This document shows, one piece after another, positions 38,801-49,048 of a DNA stretch of 64,000 nucleotides. The notes beneath the pieces are model-generated. The model was not told the DNA's origin and did not search any database. It was given only the letters and a program-made list of their open reading frames with translations. Position numbers and translations under genes: made by a program. Source of the stretch: Phoronis australis. Lineage: Eukaryota > Animalia > Phoronida. The stretch covers positions 1-64,000 of the forward strand of contig NMRA01000793.1 of NCBI GenBank assembly GCA_002633005.1, given 5' to 3'. How positions within the stretch are numbered: the stretch's first letter is position 1; each line of letters opens with the position of its first letter.

Positions 38801-38860
38801 TGTATGCGTGGAGACAATCGCGTAATTGAACTGAATGCAGTCAGTCCTGGTGCACCCTGA
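10593..38860 (+). CDS. DEG/ENaC-family (ASIC/FaNaC-like) channel subunit, paralog 1; join(10593-10737,10917-11171,11892-12036,15121-15239,19790-19950,20341-20451,29664-29796,31416-31488,32046-32103,35536-35697,38681-38860), 513 aa
   Basis: Eleven exons with GT-AG boundaries and compatible phases sum to 1542 nt with no internal stop. Family motifs: TM1 then YP..PAVTVCNLN, GHQIEDFIVDC, YGNCFTYN, GVRMVIH..PFP..EG, Cys-rich thumb (CTKSCFQ..RCGC..CDCPLPC), QWPS, KVYVYFEDLNY, TM2 LIADLGGSIGLWIGWSVITLVELLE. Confidence 0.93.
10917..11171 (+). CDS. paralog 1 exon 2 (TM1 and PAVTVCN motif)
   Basis: Within ORF 10865-11197; CCATAG acceptor, GTAAGT donor; 255 nt, same as paralog 2. Confidence 0.93.
11510..11819. 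repeat. (CA)n microsatellite spanning an assembly gap (N at 11543-11780)
   Basis: Direct reading. Confidence 0.95.
11892..12036 (+). CDS. paralog 1 exon 3 (finger region; ..EAGHQIEDFIVDCSYKQYVC)
   Basis: CTTCCAG acceptor, GTAG donor, 145 nt, GHQ-x-x-D-F-x-x-x-C motif. Confidence 0.88.
15121..15239 (+). CDS. paralog 1 exon 4 (FFDPTYGNCFTYN..GTGPDHG)
   Basis: TTTTTAG acceptor, GTAACT donor, 119 nt, hallmark YGNCFT motif. Confidence 0.92.
15990..17810 (-). pseudogene. protein-primed DNA polymerase B (Polinton type), disrupted
   Basis: SLKDYLVWYNDKDTGP, KSSVVGGPSVVFHWYHE, NALYL, HQFNGIERRVG..VFQFYGCYWHGHDC, LATPLLKWYLDH, KLIGN, EFYYDF..IDTNS (DTDS-like). Confidence 0.85.
18260..18560 (+). pseudogene. 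Polinton minor capsid (penton)-like relic
   Basis: FYSSPKELVK..NKIHMRVKKGAEITFSPKFEEML..YV*CDLV, resembling the YVYCD motif of Polinton minor capsid proteins. Confidence 0.5.
18837..19330 (+). pseudogene. Polinton major capsid protein (double jelly-roll) N-terminal relic
   Basis: LVHDKSCECVKSELDLFAVSSTQTSIEHGQW, then NLWLHSMFSQVDILNEKLISPST..RAYLKTLLSYGSEVK..LTAALCYK; both are hallmark Polinton major capsid segments. Confidence 0.85.
19790..19950 (+). CDS. paralog 1 exon 5 (GLVMTLNVEQNEY..GVRMVIH..PFPADEG)
   Basis: TATTTAG acceptor, GTAAGT donor, 161 nt. Confidence 0.92.
20341..20451 (+). CDS. paralog 1 exon 6 (VQISRIGVPHGKC..YSQQ)
   Basis: GCGTAG acceptor, GTAAGA donor, 111 nt; matches paralog 2 60594-60704. 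Confidence 0.9.
20560..22330 (-). mobile_element. degenerate non-LTR retrotransposon, Hero/R2-group-like reverse transcriptase
   Basis: GLPGHCGYIDH..LIYQA (compare G.PG.SGC.EH), FVDDITI, MNFKPDNSRSL..IP..EKSVKCL.LGK, TLRGSKE..RKIGIG; frameshifted. Confidence 0.7.
27152..28060. repeat. near-identical direct repeat of about 400 bp (27152-27556 and 27658-28060) interleaved with a palindromic element end
   Basis: CACTAAAACTTTGCCAAGCCGAGG... occurs twice, about 506 bp apart; hairpin GGATTTTGGAGAATTATC..GATAATTCTCCAAAATCC lies between the copies. Confidence 0.9.
28683..28757 (+). mobile_element. tRNA-derived SINE head or tRNA pseudogene
   Basis: Pol III A box TGGTGTAGTGG (28692-28702) and B box GGTTCGAATCC (28737-28747) at tRNA spacing; anticodon and acceptor stems pair poorly. 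Confidence 0.6.
29664..29796 (+). CDS. paralog 1 exon 7 (thumb; ACTKSCFQ..RCGC)
   Basis: AAACAG acceptor, GTAGGA donor, 133 nt, thumb cysteines. Confidence 0.9.
29838..30065. repeat. degenerate (ACT/GCT)n low-complexity tract
   Basis: Direct reading; lies in intron 7, like the (TAC)n tract of paralog 2. Confidence 0.85.
31416..31488 (+). CDS. paralog 1 exon 8 (..KCDCPLPC)
   Basis: Pyrimidine tract plus TCCAG acceptor, GTGAGT donor, 73 nt. Confidence 0.9.
32046..32103 (+). CDS. paralog 1 exon 9 (..SSQWPSDLYK)
   Basis: TTTTCAG acceptor, GTAATC donor, 58 nt, conserved WPS. Confidence 0.88.
32269..32526. mobile_element. MITE with CATG(A/C)GCGCACC termini and 5 bp TSD CGATA; related partial copies at about 32790-32901 and 25765-25995
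   Basis: CATGAGCGCACC ... GGTGCGCGCATG, flanked by CGATA on both sides. Confidence 0.7.
34215..35130. repeat. minisatellite, 42-43 bp monomer (GACTTACTATCCCCATCGACAGACTTACTAAACTACATCGATT) with a 128 bp higher-order repeat
   Basis: The CTCC(A/T)GCAAC variant recurs at 34350, 34478, 34606, 34734 and 34862. Confidence 0.95.
35536..35697 (+). CDS. paralog 1 exon 10 (..RNLLKVYVYFEDLNYEEISQKPEYT)
   Basis: TTTTGCAG acceptor, GTAAAG donor, 162 nt, pre-TM2 motif. Confidence 0.9.
36027..36720 (+). mobile_element. Penelope-like element relic (RT thumb plus GIY-YIG endonuclease)
   Basis: PERYKLAVLTSYLNRAHHIS..WQTFNTEVQRIRQVLVNNSY, then NVVYQFTC..CYIGHT..LSRRLYMH..GSIQYH. Confidence 0.8.
38681..38860 (+). 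CDS. paralog 1 exon 11 (TM2 and short C-terminus, TGA stop)
   Basis: TATTTAG acceptor; GSSLIADLGGSIGLWIGWSVITLVELLEFVSDVL..SPGAP*; stop at 38858-38860. Confidence 0.92.
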   Translation, partial: GSSLIADLGGSIGLWIGWSVITLVELLEFVSDVLVLKGNKCMRGDNRVIELNAVSPGAP

Positions 38861-39239
38861 ATTGGCCTCACACGGACAGATGGCAAATCAAGTAGTTGAA
38901 GCAGCTGAAACACAAAAAGTATCTGTCGTCAGGTGCGAGATGAATGTCACGTTCGTGTAGTGATTTAATTGTTTAGCTCATGTAGTGGTTTTATTGTTGA
39001 GTTCGTGTAGTGGTTTAATTGTAAATTAAAATAGGTGTTGATTATTTTAATAGAGTTTAATACTTCTTTCTACCTTATACTACTTTACCTTGTTTTATTG
39101 TCAAGTTCATGTATTAGTTTTGTTGTCAATGTCGTCTAAAAGTGTCAGTAATTGACAGATACATGCACGTTCTTTGCAAGCAATAATCAACTGAAGTTTT
39201 TAAAAAATTGTTTAAGAAACAGGTAATCATTTTTATAAT

Positions 39240-42200
39240 GGCTCCAGTGTGTCACCCTTGACAGTTAGTGGTATTACCAACATGAAATATGTATGGTTGC
39301 TATGGTAACCACTTATTGAAGGGTACTGAAAATAAACTCTATTTCAGCTTTGACTGCAAAACCATGTTAGTTGCTGATAACGAATTCTTGCAGTACTAAA
39401 ATGGTTACTCTCTCTTAGAATTAAGACTTTACCGAGCTGAAACATGCATTGTTGACATGGTAACTCGGTAAAAATACGTAATCTGACTGAGGTACAGTTA
39501 TAGACTGAGCAACATGCAAAAACTTCAGATTTCTGACCATGTACTGCCTCAATTAAAAAGTTTAGTTCTTCAAAGGTATATCACAACAAGGTGCACACAA
39601 TGTTTGATAATTCGGAAAAGGTTACCATGACAACTAACATATATTGTTATTAACAGCAGAAAAATTGAAAGAATCACGAAAAAGGTAATCGATGAGACTC
39701 ATGCATCTAAAAAGAATGAAATAAAGCCTGACCATTGTGGAATCGTATCTGAATAATTCGTTCTCAAAGTTGACCAGGCCATGTTCTTCAGCTGTACCTC
39801 ATCTTCCGCCTGCGTACAATTAACCCATTCCTCAGACTGGGCACCAACATTTGTAGGAGGCTGTGGTCTGCTCTGCAGTCTATGTGCACAATCAAGATCA
39901 TGTAACTTTCATTAAACTGACCCCTTTGACAAGGGCTCCTTTGCCACAGCATCATTTGTGTTCAATGGAATGTACGATTCCCATCAACCATCTCCTCTAA
40001 GGCATCAATGATGACAATATCGTCTTACCAGGCAAATATGATTCTGTGCCATCAGGTATGTAGATACAGTTGTTCTGTTCATATCTGTTCCTAATTTGAG
40101 TTGCAATTGAAGTGTCTATTCGTCTTACGGTGTCCATACCAATTCTGTGACCTGCAGCTGAAAACAAATATGCTAGTTCTTCTGATCTGGTAGCTTGATG
40201 TAGGGTAAGACCAATATGCTTTGGTGTCAAGTTCCATCTGTTAGAAAGTTAAAATAAAAAGTCCTGCAGTCTTTCTTTGTTTAAAAATGCTCGATTTTTC
40301 ATCACACAGTCCAAAACACCTGTTCCCGAGCAGTATTGATAGGAAAACATGACCACTGTCAGGTACTATGTTTTGGACATGTTCCCTGTCAAAACTATTC
40401 CATCCACTGTGGCCGGTTGTTTCTAACAGATCATGTACAATGTCCAGCACATCATTGTTTTGAACCGAGTCAAATCTTATATCACTGTTTTCATCACTTG
40501 CATTCATTGAGGCTAGTGAAGACGCAATAGTGCCTGCATGATATTTCGGAGGATAAGTAAAAAGTGTCCCTTTGGTTCAATATTCCGTACGAAACTTGCT
40601 TTGTCACTAAGTATCTTTTTGACATTATCATAGAAACTAGATCGTTGAGCTGCATACTTCCTAGGATACTGAATGCCTTGCTTTGATGTCAACTGTTCAT
40701 TAGTATTCCAAATGACTCCCATTTCACACACATGTCCTTGATTCAGTCCTGATCTACATTTCATTACATATGTAGTTAAAGCAAATGTTCATGTTTATAC
40801 TTTGCTCATCGCCAGACGTTTTGGCTTTTTTGGAAGCTGACGTAACATTTAGGATGGTACTTGCCATCAGCAGCAACAAGATAATTGACATTAGCTAGCC
40901 TGACTTACATAAAAATCTCTGTTTCTGAGAGTGTGAGAATTTTCTTAGATGTTTCCAGAGTACATACGTTGTGCAAAGAAGAAGTGATGTCACTTTTCTG
41001 ACAAAACGTGCAGTGGTCCCAATCAACTGAAGAACAGGCCATTCTTCCACGTGATGAATGAGGTTGCACCTCTGGTGGGGTTGGTGGTGGTGACTGCAGT
41101 GCTGCTGACAATGTTTTGTGAAGTCTCGTAATCTTCCTTTTATCCATAAACGCTCCATAGCAGGCATCATGTTGCCACTTTACTTCTACACTTTGATGAC
41201 ACACTGATATTACTCTTGATAATTCCATATGCTGAATGTTGCTGGCACTCTGTCACTCGTGGGCAGCCTCCACGACTCGAAATATACCTGCGTCTGAGCA
41301 TGCTCTCAACGCTACATTTTTTGAAGACTGACAAAATATGCACAGCCTTAAATCGTTTTGATCACATTTGTTTAGGCCAGAACAGAAGCACGAACTTTAA
41401 AATTAGCGCGTAAGTAAATAACGACATATCTATCCAATCCAACGTTACGGTTTATTTCAGTAAACCATTCTCAAGGAAACAGTTACAAACACAAAACAAG
41501 CGACACAGATAGAGAAGAGACTGTACAGGTACACATCAAAATGCATTGTGAGGGGGAGAGACCACAAACCAAAACAGTTGGAGCTCAAATGAACCAATGT
41601 TTCTATTGTATTCCTTTGTTTTTTTGCTAACAAGACAACAGAAGGTACCGTAATATGTGGTTCTTCAATTTTCCTTTTACGATCTATTGCTGCCTTTGAA
41701 GTCACAACACAATGAGGGGGAGCTATCTAAGCCTAAGAAAGCACAGAGAAAGGAAGAAAAAAAATATGCAAAAGCAAAGACAAGATATTCAGTGAGAAAC
41801 AGTGACGTGTAAGACTTGCAAAGGCTATAGCCATGTTAAGAATTTCGGGACAACGCTCAGTAAATTAACATTTCATAGCAGATCCGGATAATGGGGGGTT
41901 GGGATAAAAAGATTGATTGCCCATGAATTTTGTTTGGTCGGTTACAGTGTCCTCAGAGATTTGTTAAGGTGTGTTAATTAGAGGTGTTGAAGCCCTACTG
42001 AAGCAGACTGAACAGAAAGAGGAGGTAAATACAGGCAAAGTCAGAAAAATCAACAAAACATCTGACTCAAGATTGGCAGAATGCAAAAGAGTTGAGAATC
42101 TTCAATCAAAACTAAGAACTAAATTCGCATTGCACGCTTCAAATTCAAACTGAAACAATGGCTAGGGTGTCTAGTAACTTCATTGTCATATAGTTTGAGT

Positions 42201-42630
42201 GGGATTAAGCTTACCAGTACAAGTAATTTTCGAATAAGTCTAAGTCAAATTCACGGCTTCCGCGTATTTGAAAGCAGACATACAGGACGTTGGGTGAGTA
42301 TGTAATCTTGCTTATCATTGGCTAGTGTATGAATATTGTCCAATGAGAATGGTGCTTACTAAATAATCTGATGGCCTATTGACCTGTCTTATTATAATAT
42401 TACAAGTTTGCTGAGAAATAAGCCCAGTTTTAAAAAACAATAACTTTATTAATACGTAATTTTGAGCTTGGTAACCCCCCAAAACAGTGGTCTGCAATGT
42501 CTTGAGATGATTCTGACATGTGTTATTTGCTTGTAACATGACTTGGCCATCAAAATTTTATTTAAATGACTTTTCAAGAATTGGACGGCTGACTATTGTC
42601 ACAAATTGATTTTCAGAGTGACGCATGCTC
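39240..42630 (-). mobile_element. degenerate large DNA transposon, Academ-like transposase relic (family tentative)
   Basis: Minus-strand fragments VDWDHCTFCQK, LVAADGKYHPKCY and TPKHIGLTLHQATRSEELAYLFSAAGH..DTSIA..IYIP; loose terminal inverted similarity (TGTGTCACCCT at about 39248, AGAGTGACGCA at about 42615). Confidence 0.55.
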
Positions 42631-44498
42631 CATGTTGGTACATCTTGTACATGTATACACACACAAAAATATCGCCGCCTCTCACGACTGGCAACACTTT
42701 CTGTGATAGACGGTGCGTGTCACGAACATAGCCGCTCCACTTCAAAATCATAGACCGACTCCCCACGTGTCTGCTGGGAATTTCGTATTCAAGAATATTT
42801 GCACATTAAAATGAACTCAGGTGCGAAAGAGAACTCTAGACCTGGAATGGCCAACTCCCGTACGTGACCCATGCATTCTGTTCTAGTGTTAGATCTTCGG
42901 AAAACGACATTTCACGGGACTGACCACGAGAGTTTGGACTATGAATTTCCGGTTCGTTGTGTCACTTTTTTTCTTAACAGAGTCATTAATCAAGACTCTT
43001 GAGGTACGGTTCCAAACATAGAAATTTCTCAGCAAGAGAAATGGTACGTTTCATGGGTTTTTACGGCACCTGCGATTTCACATTCGAATAAAAAACGCGT
43101 CACGTCTCCCTTTCGACACAAAATGCTGTGGGCACACGTTTTTGTGTTGCCGCTAAAATGTCACCCTTACTCTTTGGCATATACCTAGGTGTCCCTCTTT
43201 TTATATCGGGCGATCAGCGGGAGCGTCGCCCAAGGGCTATACGTGAAACAACAGGTCAGGTGGCCACACAGGTGTAGACAAAAATCTTGTTGACGGCGAG
43301 CAGTGGAAACCGCCATACTAACAAAGACATTAAACATACTTCCAAAGTCCCTCAAGCAGGGAGGTAAGCTGGCCGAGCAGAAGCGGTGAAAATAATTCAA
43401 CCCTATGTTCCATATCAACAAAAACACCGGAGCAAACGAATGTAAACAGCTCTCACGCACGCGGGGCGGAACCTGCCTCGAGAGATCAAGGTTGGCATTC
43501 TTGTTCTACAGTTCTATGGTTGCAACAACTAAGGCAATACAAATACACAACAAAAGCAATGGAAATAAGACAACCAAGTACGCAGATAGCTTCAACTGCC
43601 AGTTAGGTAATGCGAGTTTGCAGATTCAACCAAGAGATTACGCCCTGCCGTCAAGATCCACAATGATTAGCAGTACTTTACAAGGGAAATGCTTGCGATG
43701 TGTATGAAACGACCAGTGGCCGAGTTGAAGAATGGTTTGGTACTCGGCGCATTCCACTCTGAAACGACAATAAGACCAGCTCCACACACGGCCTGGGAAG
43801 GTATTCTGATCTTTAGTGATGGCGTCCCTGCTACTATTATGATACAATTTCGACCCGCAAGTATGGGTAGAAATGCACATTCACATAAAATTTGTATTTT
43901 TTCCTATTATGTAACCACGAGGAATTTTGGCACTTAATTTGTTGATATGTTCCCTGAGAGTTGAGAAGGATTAAGATTAATCACTTTCATAAACCGACAA
44001 TAATTATCAACAACTCTCTGTCACGTTCGTTTGCAAACGCGACCAAACTCGGAGTTTGATGATATTTTGATGACTCTACCAGTCTATGAACACAATCACA
44101 TGATTTTCACCTGCTTGCCGATTGGTTACCATTCACTTGATTCTCCCAAACTGCATGAAACAGTTTTGAAATTAACGTACATGACCAATCTTTAGCAAAT
44201 TTCAAACTACATGTAGTTTTATCATATATGGCAACCCGACCACACTGTTAAACTTTCGTCCAAATTCTAGCGTATTTTCTAACTTTTAGATCCAGTCGTA
44301 ACCAGAAGAGGTATTTTCATATGAAAAAGCATGATATCATCTTGTAACATAGAGCATCAAAACCAATGACAAGCGACCATTTCTGTTTTTGATAACTTCT
44401 TTTACGTCCCTTTCTCTTAAATTTTCCCTTTGCCGAACTATCAAGTTGAGCGGTGTAGCTGCGAATATTTGAAAGACAAGTGCACTGGATATAGGCGT

Positions 44499-47000
44499 TT
44501 ATTACTCTGCGCGTGTAAGCGCAGAGTACTGTTGTTCCTGGGTTTTCTTCATTTTTATTCTTCTTATTACTCTGCGCGTGTAAGCGCAGAGTACTGTTGT
44601 TCCTGGGTTTTCTTCAATTTTATTCTTATTCTTATTCTTATTCTTCTTATTCTTCTTCCGACCAACTTTGAAGCTTAATAACTCCAAATTGGGTGCAGGT
44701 ACGGTCTTTAAATTCAGCACATGTGGTCTGACAGTATATAAATTTTGATTAATTATATAATCATATTCCATATTGCACCGGAAGAGGTTGTTTGGTGCAA
44801 AGGTCATATAATTTTAAAAATACTACTCCTCCTACAGTTTTAAAGCTATCTTTTTTAAATTCGGTGCACAGGTATAAGTCAACATGACAATTTAAAAAAA
44901 TACTTTTCTAAGTAATCGGGTCATCCAATCAGGTGAAATAGTCAAAGGTCATTAGGTGCAAACCAAAATTTTGAGCTAGACACTTCAAATTGACAAGTCT
45001 GATTGCCACAGGTAAATCAAACAGGAATCCAAAGTTCCTGGTCATTTAGTGCAAACATGGGGTCATTAGGTGCATTTTTCATCTGAAAATTTGACCTTTT
45101 CAATCAGCAAGTATTCTGATGTGTCAACCGTTAGACAACTGTGATTCTCAGCGTTAAACACATTTTCCATGGGCTTTGCAATAATTCTCCTAAAGATGCT
45201 TAAAATGCACCGGATAAGGTCAATTAGTGCAAAGGTCATGTAACGTTCAAAATGTTATATGTCTTACGTTTTTCAAGGAATTCTTTTGAATTTCAGCAGA
45301 CTGGTGTAACTCAACATGCCACTTGAATACCCTACTTTACTTTGCAATAGGCCTAACCAATCAGAAAAAATAGGTCACAGGTCATTGAGTGCAAACTAAA
45401 ATTTTGAGCTAGACTTCAGAATTACGTATCTGTTTACTAAGTGCGATTGAGTTTGAATTCTAAATTTTCAGGTCATTTGGTGCACCCATGGGGTCATTAG
45501 GTGCATTTTTCTTCTGAAAATTTGACCATTTCAATCATCTTGTATTCTGAAGTGCTTAAAGTAAAACATCTGTGATTATTAGCATGAACCACACTTTTAA
45601 TCGAGTTAACAATTACTCCCTCATCGGGGCTCATAATGCACCGGAAGAGGTCAATTAGTGGAAAGGTCATTCAAAAAATAATATGTAATTTCTCCTACAA
45701 TTTTAAAGAATTCCTTTTCATATTGGTAAACGGGTTGCTGTCAGTAACTTCCCATAATAAATACAGTAATACGCACGCGCAGAGTCCGTTACTGTCACGC
45801 CGTGACAATAATCTTTCTAGTTCTTCTTATTCTTCTTCCGACCAACTTTGAGGCTTAATAACTCCAAATTGGGTGCAGGTACGGTCTTTAAATTCAGCGT
45901 ATGACCTTTGACAGTATATAAATTTTGATTGCATATATAATCATATTCCATATAGCACCGGAAGAGGTCGTTTGGTGCAAAAGCCATATAATTTTCAAAA
46001 TGCTACTTCTCCTTCAGTTTTAAAGCTATCTTTTTCAAATTCGGTGCACAGGTATATGTCAACATGGCAATTTAAAAAATACTTTTCTAAGTAATCGGGT
46101 CATCCAATCAAGTGAAATAGGTCAAAGGTCATTAGGTGCAAACCAAAATTTTGAGCTAGACACTTCAAATTGACAGGTCTGATTGCCACAGGTAAATCAA
46201 ATCGGAATCCAAAGTTTCAGGTCATTTAGTGCAAACATGGGGTCATTAGGTGCATTTCTCTTCTGAAAATTTGACCTTTTCAATCAGCAAGTGTTCTGAT
46301 GTGTCAACCGTTAGACAACTGTGATTCTCACCGTTAAACACATTTTCCATGGGCTTTGCAATAATTCTCCCAGAGAAGCTTAAAATGCGCCGGATAAGGT
46401 CAATTAGTGCAAAGGTCATGTAACGTTCAAAATGCTATATCTCTTACGTTTTTCAAGGAATTCTTTTCAATTTCAGCACACTGGTGTAAGTCAACATGCC
46501 AATTGAATACCCTACTTTACTTTGCAATAGGCCTAACCAATCAGAAAAATAGGTCAAAGGTCATTGAGTGCAAACTAAAATTTTGAGCTAGAGACTTCAG
46601 AATTACGTATCTGATTACTAATTGCGATTGAGTTTGAATTCTAAATTTTCAGGTCATTTGGTGCACCTATGGGGTCATTAGGTGCATTTTTCTTCTGAAA
46701 GTTTGACCACTTCATTCATCTTGTATTCTGAAGTGCTTAAAGTAAAACATCTGTGATTGTTAGCATTAACCACACTTTTAATCGAGTTAACAATTACTCC
46801 CTCATAGGGGCTCATAATGCACCGGAAGAGATCAATTAGTGGAAAGGTCATCAAAAATTTAACACGTAATTTCTCCGACAATTTTAAAGAATTCTTTTTC
46901 ATATTGGTAAACGGGTTGCTGTCAGTAATTTCCCATAATTCCAGTAATACGCACGCGCAGAGTCCGTTATTGTCACGCCGTGACAATAATCTTTCTAGTT
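44499..47000 (+). mobile_element. Helentron-associated non-autonomous element (HINE/DINE-1-like), two head-to-tail units of about 1.18 kb
   Basis: 5' subTIR hairpin TACTCTGCGC-GTGTAA-GCGCAGAGTA, (TTCTTA)n microsatellite, internal AGGTCATT.GTGCA satellite subunits, 3' subTIR CACGCGCAGAGT, palindrome TGTCACG-C-CGTGACA, CTAG end before TT; 3' ends at 45820 and 46998. Confidence 0.8.
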
Positions 47001-47320
47001 TATAGTTGTTGTTCCGACATGTACGCCAATCCGTGAAATTTCATGGGCGACAATGATATCACAGCTCCGATTACAAAAACATCTCCCAACATACATGTTG
47101 AATGCTCAAGTGCTAGTAAGAATGCGAGAACACTTTCAGGTACACGAGTATGTCTAATTTACATGCAAAAGATGTCACACTATAAGAATCACAATAGACC
47201 TCAATAGATACGGCGCGTAATGTGTATACAAAACAAATCAAATAGATGGCGCAAACATCGTCACAAGAGGTCTCACGAGTTGTCACGATTTCCACTGCAG
47301 GTTGTTTAGCAGTTACAGCT

Positions 47321-48228
47321 GGATTGTTTTAAAAACCCCTCGACCCCCACACCCAACCANATCCTCGTCGCCAAAATGTTGTGTTCGTAGAACCAGTAAA
47401 ACAACACAGATGAGAGTAAATTATAATACGTCTATTTACTTGGAGAACTAATACAAGAAGGGGATGAGCACGTGGCTTGTGGGCATAAATACCACGTGAC
47501 TATATTCTAAGGAAAACCACAAGTAGCATTGCCAATACTCAACAACTTTAAAACTACACGAATATGCCTGGCTCAAGACTGATGGTTAAAGACAGAAAGT
47601 AGCATAAGAACATGATCTGAAATGGCGTATTGTGGGTGTGCTATCGTTGTCACGGAAATAGTTCTACGAGCGGTTACAAATGACCTTGCTCTTCTAAATT
47701 TAGGGAGAGAATGCGTTAACATGTATACACATAATTACACATTTTAGCATTTGATTTCTGTCGTATACTCGTTTACAATGTACTACATGTAACTTTAATA
47801 TGCTTTTTTAACTAAAAGTTTGTTTTTTCAAACTGTATTTACTGAAGAAATTACATTCATATTCGTGGCCTTCTCGCACTCTCCCCATAGTTTGAATCTG
47901 CCATTCAGTGAAGAGCAGACGAGACGATTACACTCTGTCAGGAAGGAGACGATTTGTAACGTTAGTAGGTCTTTGATTTGATGTAGTCGCGTTTTTTTCA
48001 AAGTTGCCGATGGACTCTTTTAATTGTAAAAATAGGGAAAAGTCAGCCAAGACTCGTTGGTCTTGCAAATCAGCACTTGTTCTATGATTTTTGTTCAGTC
48101 GAGTCAAGCTTGTGACGTTGTGTCTCTATCATTAGTCGATGGGGTCGAAGGTCGTGAGTCAAGGGAGTTGTGGGTCGAGGAGGTCGTGGGTCGAGGGGTG
48201 TGGAGTCGAGGGGGTTTTAGAACAATCC
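47321..48228. mobile_element. non-autonomous DNA transposon with GGATTGTT(T/C)TAAAA.CCCCTCGAC terminal inverted repeats; partial copy at about 32543-32775
   Basis: Inverted termini at 47321 and 48200-48228; internal segment TGGCTCAAG.CTG.TGGTTAA..GACAGAAAGT is shared with 32714-32770. Confidence 0.65.
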
Positions 48229-48934
48229 GTTATAGTTTTACATGAGATATTTTGCCTTTTTGATTTTGAGTTCACTCTTACAGCGTGAACCAGTATTCCC
48301 ATGCTCATTGGGGGTAGTACAATAACATGAAGCAAACATGTCCGCCTTATCTTCATGAATGAAGATTGCGCTTGCCAACATAAAGTTTTACTGTTTTTAC
48401 TCATATTTGTCCTTAAAACTTATTGGTTTGACAGTTAACTGAAATATTTGGGCTTGAGAAAAAGACAACGATATTTGCGGACGCAAAAACATCTTTTTAA
48501 TTATGTTATTTGAATTACGAAATCAAGCTCCCTTTCTCTGTGCCACTTATGCTGTTTCTAGGACGCTATAGAAAAGTGTCCAGATTTCGTCTCCTCACAT
48601 ATGTCTTACCTTTGGTTCATGAGATCCGTCATTTGTGTAAGAATATAAGCCTAGAACGCATCTTCTCTTACCCGAAGAGCACATCCACCGAACTCATATC
48701 TCCTTCACTTATATATGGCTTACGGCACCGAGAAACCGTGGCTCACAGGCGGTCAAATACGCCTCACATACCGCCAAACGCGATGCCCTACTCACAAAGC
48801 ACGGCTTACTCTCGTTGCCTCTATTAAAAGCACTGCTCCCTGTTGCCCCAACACTGTAATATGCGGACATACAGTCTTCGAGCGCTTTGCGGGGGTTGGA
48901 TATTGATAAGCCTGAACATCGACTTTGGCGGTAT

Positions 48935-49048
48935 CAATGGATTCTAAAGGAATCTTCGTGGACTTGATTATTCATGCTGACTAAACTATCCATTAAAATA
49001 ACCATACTATTACAGAACTGAACAATTGATCTGTTGGATGCTGTTGTG
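48935..49048 (+). other. putative non-coding first (5' UTR) exon of paralog 2; start approximate
   Basis: Donor GTG|GTAAGTGAC at 49049; shares GAACAA..TGATCTG.TGG.TG..GTAAGTGAC with 970-1011. Confidence 0.5.

Noticed and set aside
43190-43870. Possible RTE-like LINE remnant
   Set aside because: Only faint motif echoes; no catalytic YADD-type motif recognised.
45636-47005. Duplicated ORFs MHRKRSISGKVI...
   Set aside because: Incidental frames in the two HINE bodies; no protein motifs.
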